DNA of 64,000 bases from positions 942,812-1,006,811 of the forward strand of contig JAHRHZ010000058.1 of NCBI GenBank assembly GCA_024137785.1, in the 5' to 3' direction. The notes beneath the pieces were generated by a model. That model searched no databases and was not told the origin of the DNA. It saw nothing but the letters and a program-made list of their open reading frames with translations. The translations under genes were made by a program, and so were the position numbers. Every line of letters begins with the position of its first letter. The stretch's first letter is position 1. Positions 25,398 to 38,437 of this stretch are shown here, in pieces. This DNA comes from Ginglymostoma cirratum (Eukaryota).

Positions 25398-27135
25398 GAG
25401 CAGTCAGAGAAAATGAGTGAGATTCTTAATGAGTACTTTGAGTCCCCTCTCACTGCAGTCCTGCAGTCACTGAGGAGAGGGACATGACGGACATTGAGGT
25501 TAGGGATAGATGTTTGATTACTCTAGGTCAAGTCAGCATAAGGAGGGGCAAAGTGTTGGGTATTCTAAAAGGCATTAGGGTGGACAAGTCCCCAGATCCG
25601 GATGGGATCTATCCCAGTTTACTGAGGGAAGCGAGAGAGGAAATATCTGGGACCTAAACAGATATCTTTGCAGCATCCTAGAGCACGGGTGAGGTCCCAG
25701 AGGACTGGAGAATTGCTAATATTGTCCCTTTGCTTAAGAAGGGTAGCAAGGATAATCAGGTAATTATAGAGCGGTGAGCCGGACATCAGTGGTGGGGAAG
25801 CTGCTAGAGAAGATACTGAGGGATAGGATCTATTTACATTTGGAAGAAAACAGGCTTATTAGTGATAGGCAGCATTGTTTTGTGCAGGGAAGGTCACGTC
25901 TTACCAACTTGATAGAATTGTTTGAGGAAGTGATAAAGTTGATAGATGAGGGAAGGACTGTAGATGTCATATACATGGACTTCAGTAAGGCTTTTGATAA
26001 AGTTCCCCATGGTAGGCTGATGGAGAAAGTAGAGTCGCATGGGGTCCAGGGTATACTAGCTAGATGGATACAGAACTGGCTGGGCAACAGGAGGCAGAGA
26101 GTTGTAGTGGAAGGGAGTTTCTCAAAATGGAGAACTGTGACCAGTGCTGTTCCATAGGGATCCGTGTTGGGACCACTGTCGTTTGTGATATACATAAATG
26201 ATCTGGAGGAAGGTATAGATGGTCTGATTAGCAAGTTTACAGATGACACAAAGATTGATGGAGTAGCAGATAGTGAAGGGGACTGTCGGAAAATGCAGCA
26301 GAATATAGATAGATTGGAGAGTTGGGCGGAGAAATGGCAGATGGAGTTCAATCCAGGCAAATGCAAGGTGATGCATTTTGGAAGATCCATTTCAAGAGCA
26401 AACTATACGGTAAATGGAAAAGCCCTGGGGAAAATTGATGCACAGAGAGATCTGGGTGTTCCGGTCCCTGAAGGTGGCAATGCAGGTCAAGAAGGCATAT
26501 GGCATGATTTCATTCATTGGACGGGGTACTGAGTACAAGAGTTGGCAGGTCATGTTACAGTTGTACAGGACTTTGGTTCAACCACATTTGGAATACTGCA
26601 TACAGTTCTGGTTGCCACATTACCAAAAGGATGTGGATGCTTTGGAGAGGGTGCACAGGAGGTTCACCAGGATGTTGCCTGGTATGGAGGGTGCTAGCTA
26701 TGAAGAGAGGTTGAGTAGATTAGGATTATTTACATTGGAAAGACGGAGGTTGAGGGGGATTTGATTGAGGTCTACAATATAATGAGGTATAAACAGGATG
26801 GATAAAAAGAAGCTTTTTCCCAGAGTGGGGGACTCAATTACTAAGGGTCACGATTTCAAGGTGAGAGGGGAAACGTTTAAGGGAGATATGCGTGAAAAGT
26901 TCTTTATGCAGAGGGTGGTGGGTGCCTGGAATGGGTTGCCAGTGGAGTTGGTAGAGGCGGACACGATAGCGTCATTTAAGATGTATCTGGACAGCTACAT
27001 GAATGGGCAGGGAGCAGAAGGATACAGATCCTTGGAAAATAGGCGACAGGTTTAGATAGAGGATCTGGATCGGCGCAGGCATGGAGGGCCGAAGGGCCTG
27101 TTCCTGTGCTGTAACTTTCTGTGTTTTTTGTTCTT
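25398..27135 (+). mobile_element. CR1 LINE, 5'-truncated ORF2 (RT) plus 3'UTR, with stops and frameshifts
   Basis: VIYMDFSKAFDKVPH, LGPLSFVIYINDL, SKFTDDTKI, WQMEFNPGKCKVMHFG, LYRTLVQPHLEYC. Ends gggccgaagggcctgttcctgtgctgt followed by a T-rich tail. Confidence 0.95.
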
Positions 27136-27283
27136 GAGCATTAACTGAATCAGCTGTTTCTCATACGAGGCTGGATCCGACATTGTACCTTTAACCTGTA
27201 AAGGATCCCCGGTATAGGTTCTCAGTCTGGCTGAGGTCTAACGCAAACTTAAGGTTTCGAGCCCAGAGCAAATTTCGTTAAAC

Positions 27284-27448
27284 CAACACAGAAGTTGTTG
27301 GAAACGGTCAGCAGGTCTGGCAGCATCTGTGATGAGGAAAAGTCAGTGGATCTGATTTCTCTTCACAGATGCGGCCAGACCTGCTGAGCTTTTCCAGCAA
27401 GTTCTGTTTTTGTTTCTGACTTACAGCATCTGCAGTTCTTTCGGTTGG
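27284..27448. mobile_element. PLE-terminus-derived foldback element inside the Gypsy protease region
   Basis: Arms about 27288-27346 and 27352-27407 with loop tggat. Flanked by diverged direct repeats aatttcgttaaa / aattttgttcaa. Confidence 0.7.
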
Positions 27449-30444
27449 AATTTTGTTCAAGACCGGTCCTGCAGTCACTGATACAGTCACATTGGTATCG
27501 ACCTCCGGTAGAAACAGGTAACCATTTCACCAGATGTTTAGTTTGATTGGTTCTGATTTGAATGTTGCCAAGCAATGTAACTGGTCCAAACCAGATGCGG
27601 GTGGGCTTTCCAGGGTGTGCACTCTGCTGAATACTGGCCTATGAGTTCTCTTACTCCATTTAGGTCTAGTGGGAGTCTTTTGCTGTCTCGATTCCACATA
27701 CTGGCAGCAACTACAATGGCTTGCCAGCCTGGATCCCGAAGAAAATTTTAACAGTTTGGCCGAGGCTTGGCTTTGTTCAGGGGTTTTGCTGTGGGCTGAC
27801 CTAGAGTCTATTTGTTCAGGAAATGTCCTGAGTGAAGGTGTGCACTTACCTTTACTCAAGTGGTTTTTCCCAAGCTTAGTCAGACTGACAAGGGTGTCCA
27901 ATTCCATCAACATACCCTGTCACTCAAAAGCTAGATTTGCCACGTTTTCCAATGGCAAAGCCAGCTGTGGTGCTTCAACTAGTAGGCGCTTTTGCATAGG
28001 TACATCATAAATTCCATATACCAAACGGTCTCTGAGCATCTCATTTAGGGTCAAACCAAAGTCACGTGTCTCTGCGAGTCGTCCTAACCTCGCCAAAACT
28101 TCCAATACAGATTCCCCTGGTTCTCACATTGCTGAGCAAAACCAATAGTGTCTCAGAATTAGAGGAGGCGTGGGGTCATAATGTTCCTTAACTAATTTTG
28201 TCAACTCTTGAAAGGCTTTTGTATCTCGTGCTTCAGGAAATGTTAGGCTCCTAATAATCGAAAAAGCTGCAGGTCCATAAGCAGTCAAGAGACTTCCTCG
28301 TTGATTTTCATCTGCCCCAATATCATTTGCCAGGAAAAAAATAACACATTCTATCCACATACTGGGCCCAGTCTTTGACAGCCAGATCAAATGAGTCAAG
28401 TTTCCTAAATAATGGCATGATGCCAGAAATGTTTACCCCAACTCAGGAGCGTACTTTGTCTCTCTGAAATAACTCAAGAGAGGCCAGTAACCTGTCACCA
28501 AGTCACTCTTTATTTACAGGTGGAAAATCCTTGACACTGATCCAGTTGTGTTGAAGCCAGCTCTCATATTCTATGAGGTCCACCTGCCTGACATCAGTTC
28601 AATCACTACAGACCCAAGTTGACTAAATGCGTAACTCACCAAGTCATCCCCTGGAACACCTATGCCAAAAGCAGGCCTAGAAAAAATGACGGCTGCCCAA
28701 TAAGGTGGAGATCAGCAACGATTGAGTTTGCAGGTAGGACAGGGCACAGCAGTAGGAGAAGGCAGCATATTTGTGACAGGTAGGAGCAATTTGAACCATG
28801 AGTGCAGGGCTTGAAAAAGAAGAGGTAGCTCAATAAGGACCAGGTATAGACTGAAGCACCATTGATACAGACTCCAGCCATTCAGCAGGAGTCAATTTTG
28901 TACCAGTGTAGCATAATTTCAGGCCAGTTTAAAGTAATGCAGCTAATATTCTGGAGAACAGAAAGCAATGATTTGTCGCTCACTGTCAGCAATGCTGATA
29001 TGTGTTACATATCTAAGTAAACAGTATATAATGAGCCCAGGTTACTGCTAACACAAAGATATCACTACAAAACTTTAGATCAAAGCTCACTAGAACAATC
29101 ACTCTTTCATGAGACCATCACAAGGCAGTGCACTATGACCCAGAGCTGATATCATGGAGCTTGCTTCATCTCCATGGTTACGGAACCACTTACTCTATCA
29201 CTGTGGTTTGATCAGCACTGTACACAGTGCCACAAAATTAATAAGCTTATAGTCTACTTTTGCAAACCAAAAGAAATCAAGCAATGTGCAAAATTACATT
29301 TCACAGCAAAAAGGCAAATTGTAGAACAAAGCCATTTTACTGGGCCAATGGTATTTGCTTTCTTTAAATCTTGGATTTTCTCACTTGCTCCTCTTGCAAA
29401 CATTTATCCAAGCTAGCAAGGAGCGTAATATTCTATCTGATTAACACCTCTTTCCTGTGCTGAGGGAGGTCGGTGCTGGTGCAGGTTGCTTCTTTGGAGT
29501 GTAGGATCTAACTATCTGAGCAGGTTGTAAAATAGCCCACAGACAATATATTGAAAAAGAACAGGGAAGTCCTGGCCAGTGACCTGACCAAAGCCAATCT
29601 CTGAGGCAACGTTACTAAAAGCTGAACATGCTGCCGGACGGGCTGCGTTTTTCCAGCAATTTCTGGGTTTTTTTACAAAAAAACCATGGTTGTTATCACA
29701 TTTCTCACATGGTTAAAAGTACATGTTTTAGAGATGTCGCAGTGCACACTTTAGCTGCTATGTTTCTGACTTTATAGGACTGGCTCAATTCCATGGCCTG
29801 CGTAGCGCTCCGGGATGTGCAGAGGTGCTACAGAAATGCAACCTCTTCTTCTTCTTGCCATGCACTCTGATAGGTGCTCCTCCAGCAGGAACAGTCCAGG
29901 GGATCGATTCCTTCCAGCATCATGAGTGGAGCTGGCTTCGCGATCAGGCAACAGGGTTTCCGTGTGAGATGAGCCAGCTTCACAATCCCACCCAGACAAG
30001 ATCAACAGTTTCTTTCTCATCTGGCTGAGAACTGAGCTCTCTGGCTGGACTGAAAGGGCAGCCTGCACTGACACTGCCCCTTCGGTGTTAATGCTGAGAA
30101 ACAGGAAGCTCATCTATGAATACTCTTCATTTACTTTGCCTAAATATAAGCCAGGCTGCAACCATTTTGCTAATTCTGGCAGCAGCCAGTCAGTGGGTTG
30201 CAGGTTTCACTTACTTAAAAAAAAAACCCACAGGAGCAGTCAGCTATTTCCACGAGTGAAATAGTATGATTTTAAAGACAAATCATTGACTGAAATAATT
30301 TTTAAAGTGTAACCATTCCGTTCAAATCAAAAATATTACGTTACATTTTTTGGGAAAGGTGTTGACATGCTGCTAAGTTAAATGGCCCGGTAGTTCAGAG
30401 ACCTAACAAATGTTGTAGGGAAGATAAAAGTTTTAAATCCCCTC

Positions 30445-32340
30445 TGCAGTGATTGTAATGAGGTCAGCCAGGTGGACTGCATAGTTGGCTGTTAATCTGG
30501 TCCCAATCAGGGAGCCCTGGCTGACTGATATAACTAGGAGTGTCAAGCTTCCTACTTGATCTGAGAAAGTTGGATCAGTGTTGAGGACTTGCCATATGTA
30601 AATAGAGGGTGACTTGATGATAGGATAATGGCCTCTGTGGAATTATTTCAGTGGCTACAAGAGAGGGAAAAAAAAAATCATGCTCCTAAAGAATTTCTCT
30701 TATGACAATTGTCTTTGAGCTGGGGTAAGCATTTCTGGCACCATACTGCTATTTGGAAAGCTTGACTTGTTTGATCCTGCTGAGGACTAGGCCCAGTGTG
30801 TGGAGAGAATGTGTTTCTCTTTCTGGGCAAATGACATTGGGGCAGATGAAAAGCAACATGTAATTCTCCTGATAGCTTGTGGACACACAGCTTTTTGGTT
30901 ATGAGGAGCCTAGCTTTCCCATGATTTGACCATTTTAGTTCAGGAATATTATGACCCCAAGCCTCCTCTAATTCTGAGCTGCTGTCAGGTTTACTCAGCA
31001 ATTTGAGAACCAAGAGAATCTGTAGTGGAAGTTTTGGCTAGGTTAGGATGACTGGCAGGGGCATGTGACTTTAGTTTAGCCCTTAATGAGAGACCCTTTG
31101 GTATGTAACCATGCCTTAGTGCTTACTAGCTGAAGCCCAACTGGACTTCAAATAGGCACTACAGCTAGCTTTGTCATTAAAAAATGAGGCAAATGGAGCT
31201 TATGAATGGCAGGTTATTCTGATGAGAGTGGACACTCTCATGCCAGGATGACTAAGCTGGGAACACCACTTGATTGAAGGCAATTGCATAGCCTCACTCA
31301 GGACATATCCTGAACAGAGGGAGTTTCGGTCAGCCACTGTAAAACTGCAAAACAAACCCAAGCCTCCTCCACATGATTAAAATTTGAGGATCTGCAAGCC
31401 ATTGTATTTGCTGCTGGTAAGTGGACACAAGACAACAAAATGAGTCCCACTTTTACTAAATGGAGTAAGAGACCTTGTAGGCTAGTAAATAAACATCTGG
31501 TTAAATGATCACCTGGTTCTAATGGAGGTTGATACCAGAGCGGCTGTTTCAGTGATTGTAGAACCATCTTTAACAAAGTTCACTCTGGAGTCCAGCCCTT
31601 AACTTTGTGCAAGACCTTGGCTAGACTGAGAACCTATACCGGGGAACCTTTACAGATTAAGGGTACAACATTGGTTCTGGTCTTTTATGAGAAGCACCTG
31701 GTTCAATTACCACTGATTATAGTAAAAGGCTCAGGCCCAAGCTTGATGGGGTGAAATTCATTGAGAACAATTCACCGAGACTGGGTCAAAATTTTTCAGT
31801 TGGGAAGTGGCTGCCTGAGTGAATTCCTAATTAAATACCAAAGGTTTTTCAGCAAGGTCTAGGGACTATCAAATGAGCCGAGGTCACCTTGCATGTTGAC
31901 CCAGAAGATATTCTACAAGGCCTGCCTAGTACCATATCCCTTACAGGCAAAGGTAGATGCAGAAATCTGAAGCCTGGAAAGCGAAGAAATCATATCAGCC
32001 CAGTTTGCAGAATGGGCAGCACCAATTGTGAAGCCTGACAGATAGGTTTGGCTCAGCGGGGATTTTAACCAAACAGTAAATGGCTTTTTGCAGCTTGTTA
32101 AATACGCAATCCCTCACATTAGAGATTAGAACACAAAGCTGGTGGGGTGGCTATCCTTCATGAAGCTGGACATGAGCCATGTGTACTTGCAATTGTGGTT
32201 AGAAGTATGCTACAATTAATACCCGCAAGCGTTTGTGACAAAATATGAGATTGCCATTTGGGGTATCATCAGCCTGTGCCAGTTTTCAGAGGATGATGGA
32301 GCATATTTTACAAGGACTACCCCAGGTTAGCATTTATCCA
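30445..32340 (+). mobile_element. Decayed Gypsy (Mag-like) element: 5' LTR, PBS, gag, protease, RT
   Basis: LTR 30445-30650 (TG...CA), PBS-like gTGGctacaag at 30651, gag LFGKLDLFDPAED, RT QFAEWAAPIVKPD...GDFNQTVN and RLPFGVSSACASFQRMME with in-frame stops. Confidence 0.85.
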
Positions 32341-32354
32341 GTTTAATAGATAAT

Positions 32355-32850
32355 CTGGATTTTCTACAAAAATGGCTGCAAACGAGCAACTAGGAAGAGA
32401 ATAGGGCCCCTTAAAGATCAATGAGATCAACTACATGTCGAACCTCAGGAGATGAGTGAGATACTAGATGAATATTTCACATCAGTTCTTAATGTGGAGA
32501 AGGAAATGGAGGCTAGAGAACTTGGGGAAAAAAATCTTAATGTTTTGAAAACAGTTCACATTACAGAAGAGGAAGTACTGGAGGTGTTAGAAAACATAAA
32601 GGTGGATAAATCTCCATTACCTGACCAAGTGTATCCCAGGGCATTGTGGGAAGATAGGGAAGAAATTGCGGGGGCCTCTTGCAGAAACATTTCTGCATCA
32701 TCTATAACCACGTGTGATGTGCCAGAGGTTAATGTTGTGCCTTTATTTAAGAAAGGCTATAAGGAATGCCTGGGAATTATAGACATGTCAGCCTGCCGTC
32801 GATGGTGGGTAAGTTCTGGCAGATGATTCTGAAACATAAGATTTACATGC
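32355..32850 (+). mobile_element. CR1 LINE internal fragment
   Basis: ORF 32452..32826 MSEILDEYFTSV...IKVDKSPLPDQVYPRALWE...NVVPLFKKG. Confidence 0.88.
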
Positions 32851-33019
32851 ATGTGAGAGCTAGTGAACATCAGTGTGATTCACAGCATTTACATCTGCGG
32901 TGAAGATTTTCAGTTTGTGGAATTTCAACTCAGCTAATGTGTTGGATTCAGCTTTAGCTGCTGTGATGCATCAAAGATAGAGGAAATTAACTGGACTCTT
33001 TGATCCAGCAGAGAGTTTT

Positions 33020-33283
33020 TTTTAAAATTATCATTCATGCTGCGCAACCCTAATTGCCCTGAGGATAGTTAAGAGTCAAATAGTCCAGGCAACGATGTCC
33101 ATTTCCTTCCCTAAAGGGCATTAGTGAACCAGATGGATTTTTCCCCAACAACAGTTTAACAGTCACCATTAGATTCTTAATTCCACCAACTGGCCTGGCA
33201 GGATTTGAACCCAGGTCCCTAGGACTTTACTTGGGTCTCTGGATTAACAGCCTACCGATAATACCATTAGGCCATTGCCACCC
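33020..33283 (-). mobile_element. tRNA-derived SINE (same family as 11810-12149)
   Basis: Shares ttccctaaagggcattagtgaaccagatgg...ggatttgaaccc...gggtctctggattaacag...taggccat. Confidence 0.72.
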
Positions 33284-33499
33284 TGATGAGTCACACCATT
33301 AGTTTAAATTCCAATTTGGTGTATGGCCAGGAACAAAAGTGTTTGCCTTCAAGTAAGGTGGGATCAGGGTTCCAGAAGGCAGCAAAGGAGGACCAACAGC
33401 CCTTGTCCAACAGACATGAGCATGGAAACAAGGAAAGAGTTGGCCACTCAGCCCTATGTGTTTGCTATGCCATTCAACAGTAGTATCTGAATATAACTT

Positions 33500-34640
33500 T
33501 GTCACATGTTGAACTTTGTGAAGACTACCAAGTCAAGAAATGATACTGAAAGTTCTTGGATTGTGGGGAGTGGATTCTTCTCTGGAATGACAGCTTTGTT
33601 GACCACCTTAAAGTTGATCGTAGACTATGTTCTCTATTTGTGCATTGACCAGATTTGATATGTATGGTGATGAGTCAATGTGCTTGACTATAGCATCAAA
33701 CCGTGTAGTGGTTTCAGCTCATGTGACAGTTTGGTATGGAATGGAAAGGGTCAATGCCTCAAATCTCCTGAATCTGGTGGAAATGATGTATAAATGCAAG
33801 ATGCATTATGGTACCCCTGAATGTACAAAAATCTAGTAAATAGAGAGTCTTGCTATCCATAATCAGTGTCTTCGATTACATTTGATGTGCACTTCAGTGA
33901 AGTCTTCAAAAGTCATATCTGTGGTGCTTCCAGTTGCCTTCATTCCAAGCTTGTCAAAATAGTTTACTCCCTAAAGATTCTGCCATTAGCTACTCCGATT
34001 ATGAAGCTGTCCAGAGTGAAGTTTTTTTGTAACAGCCTGGAACTAGACAAGTAGTCAAGGCATAAGTGTGCAGATTGTGTCGCAGGAATGAAAGTTTTGA
34101 AAAATATGAATGGGAGTGCTTGCCACTCAAGAGGTGCTTTTTCACCAATCTTGATAAGGAGTAACACTGATTTGTCCACAGTCAAGACTGAACAATCCTT
34201 GAACTAACCTGGTACTTTACTGTTCATGATGGTAAACACACGCTGTACTTCACTCTCACAAAGAGAGTGAACGGATGGCTTCGTCCCCTTTGATTTACAC
34301 ACTTTTGCAACAAGGCTCCACATAATTTTGAGTTACACTTTTACGCTTTGAGTAGGACGTGGTGTTGGGAATCAATAAAAGCCTATGTAACTTGGACAAG
34401 CTTTGGAAAGATTCTGAGTATAGGGGGCACATATTGCTGAGGTGTCTCTGTCCATACCTTTGCACTTGAGCACTATGGGCAGGCTCTATCTCCAATCCTA
34501 AGTGAGGTGGTCAATTTTTGTGAGGCCTCTTGTAATTAGACATGGCAGGTTTAATTCAAACCTCCAGAGAATGGAGAAGAAAGTGGAGTTTGAAGCCCAA
34601 GCTCTGCTGAAGGCCATGTTCACATCTCAGTGAACATCAA
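33500..34640 (-). mobile_element. Highly decayed LTR-retroelement integrase-like remnant
   Basis: Minus-strand pieces KAPL...P...HLCLDY and SSPY...NAQIE resemble Gypsy integrase core motifs. Many stops. Confidence 0.4.
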
Positions 34641-34757
34641 TTCTAAATGGATTCAAATCAAACACTGATTCAACACTGCATAGATTATATTGATGTGTGC
34701 ACTGTATGAAACTTAAGCTATTGACCAATTCATTAAACCAGCCAGGGTTATCTTCCA

Positions 34758-34877
34758 GAGATAAAAGGTACTGCAGATGCTGGAGAATCCGAGATAACAA
34801 GCATGGGGCTGGATGAACACAGCAGGTCAAGCAGCATCATAGGAGCAGGAAAACTTGACGTTTCGGGCCTAAACCCT
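34758..34877 (-). mobile_element. Short PLE 3'-end insertion with 14-bp TSD
   Basis: AGGGTTATCTTCCA at both 34744-34757 and 34878-34891. The body is near-identical to 60465-60585 and overlaps the tail at 41026-41120. Confidence 0.85.
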
Positions 34878-34949
34878 AGGGTTATCTTCCAATCAGCTCC
34901 AACATCACAACCACTCCCCCTGGGTGATTAAGATCAATAACAGAGATCC

Positions 34950-35380
34950 TGAAAGACATGAACCATTGTCCTTTACCTCTGTCTATGTCTGCCTTTGTTG
35001 AGAAATGAAATTCATCATTGCCAGCTCAGCTTTTGGTTGGCTGAGTATTAGAGCATTTGAGCAACATAACCTAAAACCCAAGACTAAGGTAATGATTTAC
35101 TGGCCTGCAGTGATTCTCATTCTCCTAATTGGAGACTTGGACAACATACAGCAGGCACTGCCGGCAGTTTCTTCACAAAAGTCTTCTAGATTCGGTTGGC
35201 AAGAAAAGTGAAGCCCACAGCGCCACCTTTTCCTAAAGCAACCTTCCCAGCAACTAGGCATGGATCACTCAAAACCAGTTTCATTGGCAGGACATTGTCA
35301 TTTGTTTGCCTAGCCACCAGGTTCCCGAGGCAACTGTTCTACTTGGAGCATAGTCACTGCAGAACATAAGGGCACTCGTG
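34950..35380 (+). mobile_element. Decayed RTE-clade LINE fragment
   Basis: ORF 35005..35211 ASSAFGWLSIRAFEQHNLKPKTKVMIYWPAVILILL resembles the RTE/BovB post-RT motif ASxAFGRLxxRV...TKxxVYxAxVxxxLLY, followed by gagacttggaca (ETWT). Confidence 0.7.
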
Positions 35381-36393
35381 ATGTGTAGGGCCCTCCATAC
35401 ACCTCGTCTAGCTGGGCCTCTGAGCACCAACTGCTCTGTGTGTTGCAGAGGCTGCAAATGGTGCATTGGACTCAGAACCTATTGAACCAGAGTGAAATCA
35501 AATCTTTTCAGTTCCGAGGAACTGCCTGAAAAGAAGATGATGATTAACCAGCTTCCGTTGTTTCATCTAAAGCCATGTGAATCACTTTGAAGTTGCCATG
35601 AGCTGCACTTCCTTGGTGCTTCACAGCTGTCTCTGAGGAGCACAGGAAGACAATTTCACACCCTAAATATTCTTGCAATAAGCAAATGCTGCGATACTTG
35701 ACCAGTTATGTTCGAAATTTGCTCAGCGAGCTGATTGTACTCCTGCTGTGTGGCACTCTAATTTAAATACATTCGCAGAAGCAAAATCCAGTGCCCTGCT
35801 GAAAATGTGAATCTTACTTGATGCTGCTGTGCAGTAAATGCTCTTCACAAATAATTTTAAGTTTTGTTCCTTTGTATGACAACTCCTGTGTTGTTATTGC
35901 AGAGCATCACTTAGCACAACAGGAAGGCAGAGAGTTCCTGTCCAAATTAACACCACTGTTTCTCCAACTCGGACTTTTCGAAAATCGCTGATTTTATTCA
36001 CTCCATCTCCCTCAACGCAACACTCTGAAATTTCCTCTCCAACTCTCTACCTCTCTCCTTTCTTTCCAACTACTACTTCTACCAAAATTTTGATCAGCTA
36101 ACCTAACACGTGGCTCAGGGTCAGATTTTGCTTTCTGTCAAAAGCCTGAAGATATTCTCACTACAATAACAGTACCATTTAAATACGTCATTGTTGTTAA
36201 CTGTGGATGTTGTCTATACAAACAGCCTGAGCTCATGCCATAAAATCCACACAAATGACCATCAAAAATGAAAATGTAACTCCAGATAACCTGGTGGCAT
36301 GGGTTGGTCACTGGCTGGGAAGGTAGGAGATGCAGAGTGCACCAATAGGCTCTGTTTCAGTGCTACAGGTGCCATTCAGGGACCACTATGCAT

Positions 36394-36718
36394 GCACACA
36401 CACAGACACACATGCACAAAGACGCGCACACACAGAAACACATACTGACACACACATAGATGCACACACACAGATAAACACAGAACACAGAATACATACA
36501 CACAGCCTCACAGAAATGTGCGTGCGCGCACACACACACATACTGACACAGACACAGAAACCGACACACACAGATAAATGCAGAAACACGTAGGCAGGTG
36601 CACACACACAAAAACACACACTCACAGACAAATACTGACACACAAACATTCACACACAGATAAATGCAGAAATTCATGCACAGATATACACACGCACACA
36701 CACACAGACACACTCACA
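36394..36718. repeat. Degenerate (CA)n block
   Basis: Imperfect CA/CAGA repeats. cacacagataaatgcagaaa occurs twice. Confidence 0.95.
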
Positions 36719-37874
36719 GTTCTGCAGGAAATCTGTACGAATTTCATATTGATAAAAGTGTTGTTCCATATCTAAAGTCTGCTGGAGGTATGCCAAAGAG
36801 ACAGATTTGATATTAATCGATGAACAAGGTTAGACAGATTCATTATGGAAGCCTGCTGTTATCGTTAACTCCCCGTGAACCTGTCACAGCTGAACACAGG
36901 GTAAGCAGCATGAAGGAGCCAGTCACCTGCATAATGTATGGAGGGTGCTGAAAGATTTCAAGATGACCTCAAGGCTTCTGAATAAACCAGTTGTTTCCTA
37001 ACAGGAGACTGACAATCCTTGTCCTGTGGCCTTGCTCTAATCCACTTGTGCCCAGGTTAGTAGCACATCCAGATCCAACTTCATAATATCCTCTACAACA
37101 TGCTTAGAATAAGTAAAGATAGTACTGAAAAATTGGCCACAAATTCCCTGATGTTTGACCATGATCTTCTTGTAATGCTGGAGCAAGTTCAAAGAGACAA
37201 ATGACCCATTTAAACTTCTTATGTTCATTCTGATTTCTTTGAGCGTGAAATCAAGTGATGACCTGTTTTTAGCATTGCCATTTCTTGGTGTTCTTCTACT
37301 GTCCGTAGGTTTGTCTTTCAAACAGCTGAAAGGTAAAAGACATAAGAGTAAGCTTGTTTTCCGAGTCCAGACGGAGTGCATCCAGAAATAATGAGGGAAG
37401 TAATGGTGAAAAGTGTGAAAGCACTAACTATAATTTTCCAGTCCTCCTTAGACACAAGGATAAACCCATAACACTGGAGAAATGCAATTGTCACAGCCTT
37501 GAACAAAAAGGGGTTTCAGCTCCCCAAGGGCCAGACAAAACCAAACATTAATTAACCTGTGAATGGTGCTCTCTTTTAAATAGTGTTGATGGGCTATCCT
37601 TCCCACTCATGTCCAGCAACAGTTAACTGAGAGCACTTGCTGGAGCATTCAAGTTGAAAATATCAGTTGGTATCAAATCAGCAGGGTACATTGAGTTAGC
37701 TACCATGATCTGCCCACTCTGCCCAACTCCAGTGCACACTATCTGCATGTGCTCATGGCTCTGTAAGATGGTGCGTGACACAACACGTCCTTGGGCCTGA
37801 AACTGTAGCCAATGGAGCACACACTGCTTTTCCCAGTGATATAGTTCACCAAATGGGTGGTAGGAAACATTTAG

Positions 37875-38437
37875 TCGTAGAGTCATGGAGCTGTAAGCAC
37901 AGAAACAGACCCTTCCGTCCAACTTGTCCAAGCCAACCAGATATCCTACTAAATAAATCTAGTTCCATTTGACCCATAAGCCTCAAAACCCTTCCTAGTC
38001 ATGTACCCATCCAGATGCCTTTTAAATGTTGTAATTGTACCTGCCTCCACCACTTCCTCTGGCAGCTCGTTCCATTTGTGGAACACCTTCTGCGTGAAAA
38101 AGTTGCCCCTCAGGTACCTTTTAAACCTTTCCCTTCTCACCTTAAACGTATGCCCTCTAGTTTTGGATTCCTCTACCCTGGGGAAAAGATTTTGTCTATT
38201 CACCCTTATCCATACCCCTCATGATTTTATAAACCCCTGTAGGGTCACCCCTCTTCCTCCGAAGCTCCAGGGAAAATAGCCCCAACTTATTTAGCCTCTC
38301 CCTATAGCTCAAACCCTCCAACCCTGGCAACATCCTTGTAAATCTATTCTGCACCCTCTCAAGTTTCACAACTTCTTTCCTGTAGCAGTGAGGCCGGGGC
38401 TGAATGCAATATTCCAAAAGTGGCCTAACCAATGACA
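37875..38437 (-). mobile_element. CR1 LINE 3' end
   Basis: LVRPLLEYC...LERVQNRFTRMLPGLEGLSYRERL and RGNFFTQKV...WNELPEEVVEAGTITTFKRHLDGYM. Confidence 0.92.

Larger units (their letters stand above)
23939..28610 (-). mobile_element. Decayed Gypsy (Mag/K02A2.6-like) LTR retrotransposon with nested CR1 and PLE insertions
   Basis: 5' LTR 28465-28610. Gag: FFLANDIGADENQ...LVKEHYDP and LNEMLRDRLVYGI. Protease pieces near 27140-27280 and 25335-25390. RT/RNase H 24100-24810 (RPIACASQTL...IEKEGLMVIFGVRKFHHYLYG). 3' LTR part 23939-24090. Confidence 0.85.

Noticed and set aside
25830-26390. 186-aa minus-strand ORF
   Set aside because: Antisense shadow of CR1 ORF2, not an independent gene.
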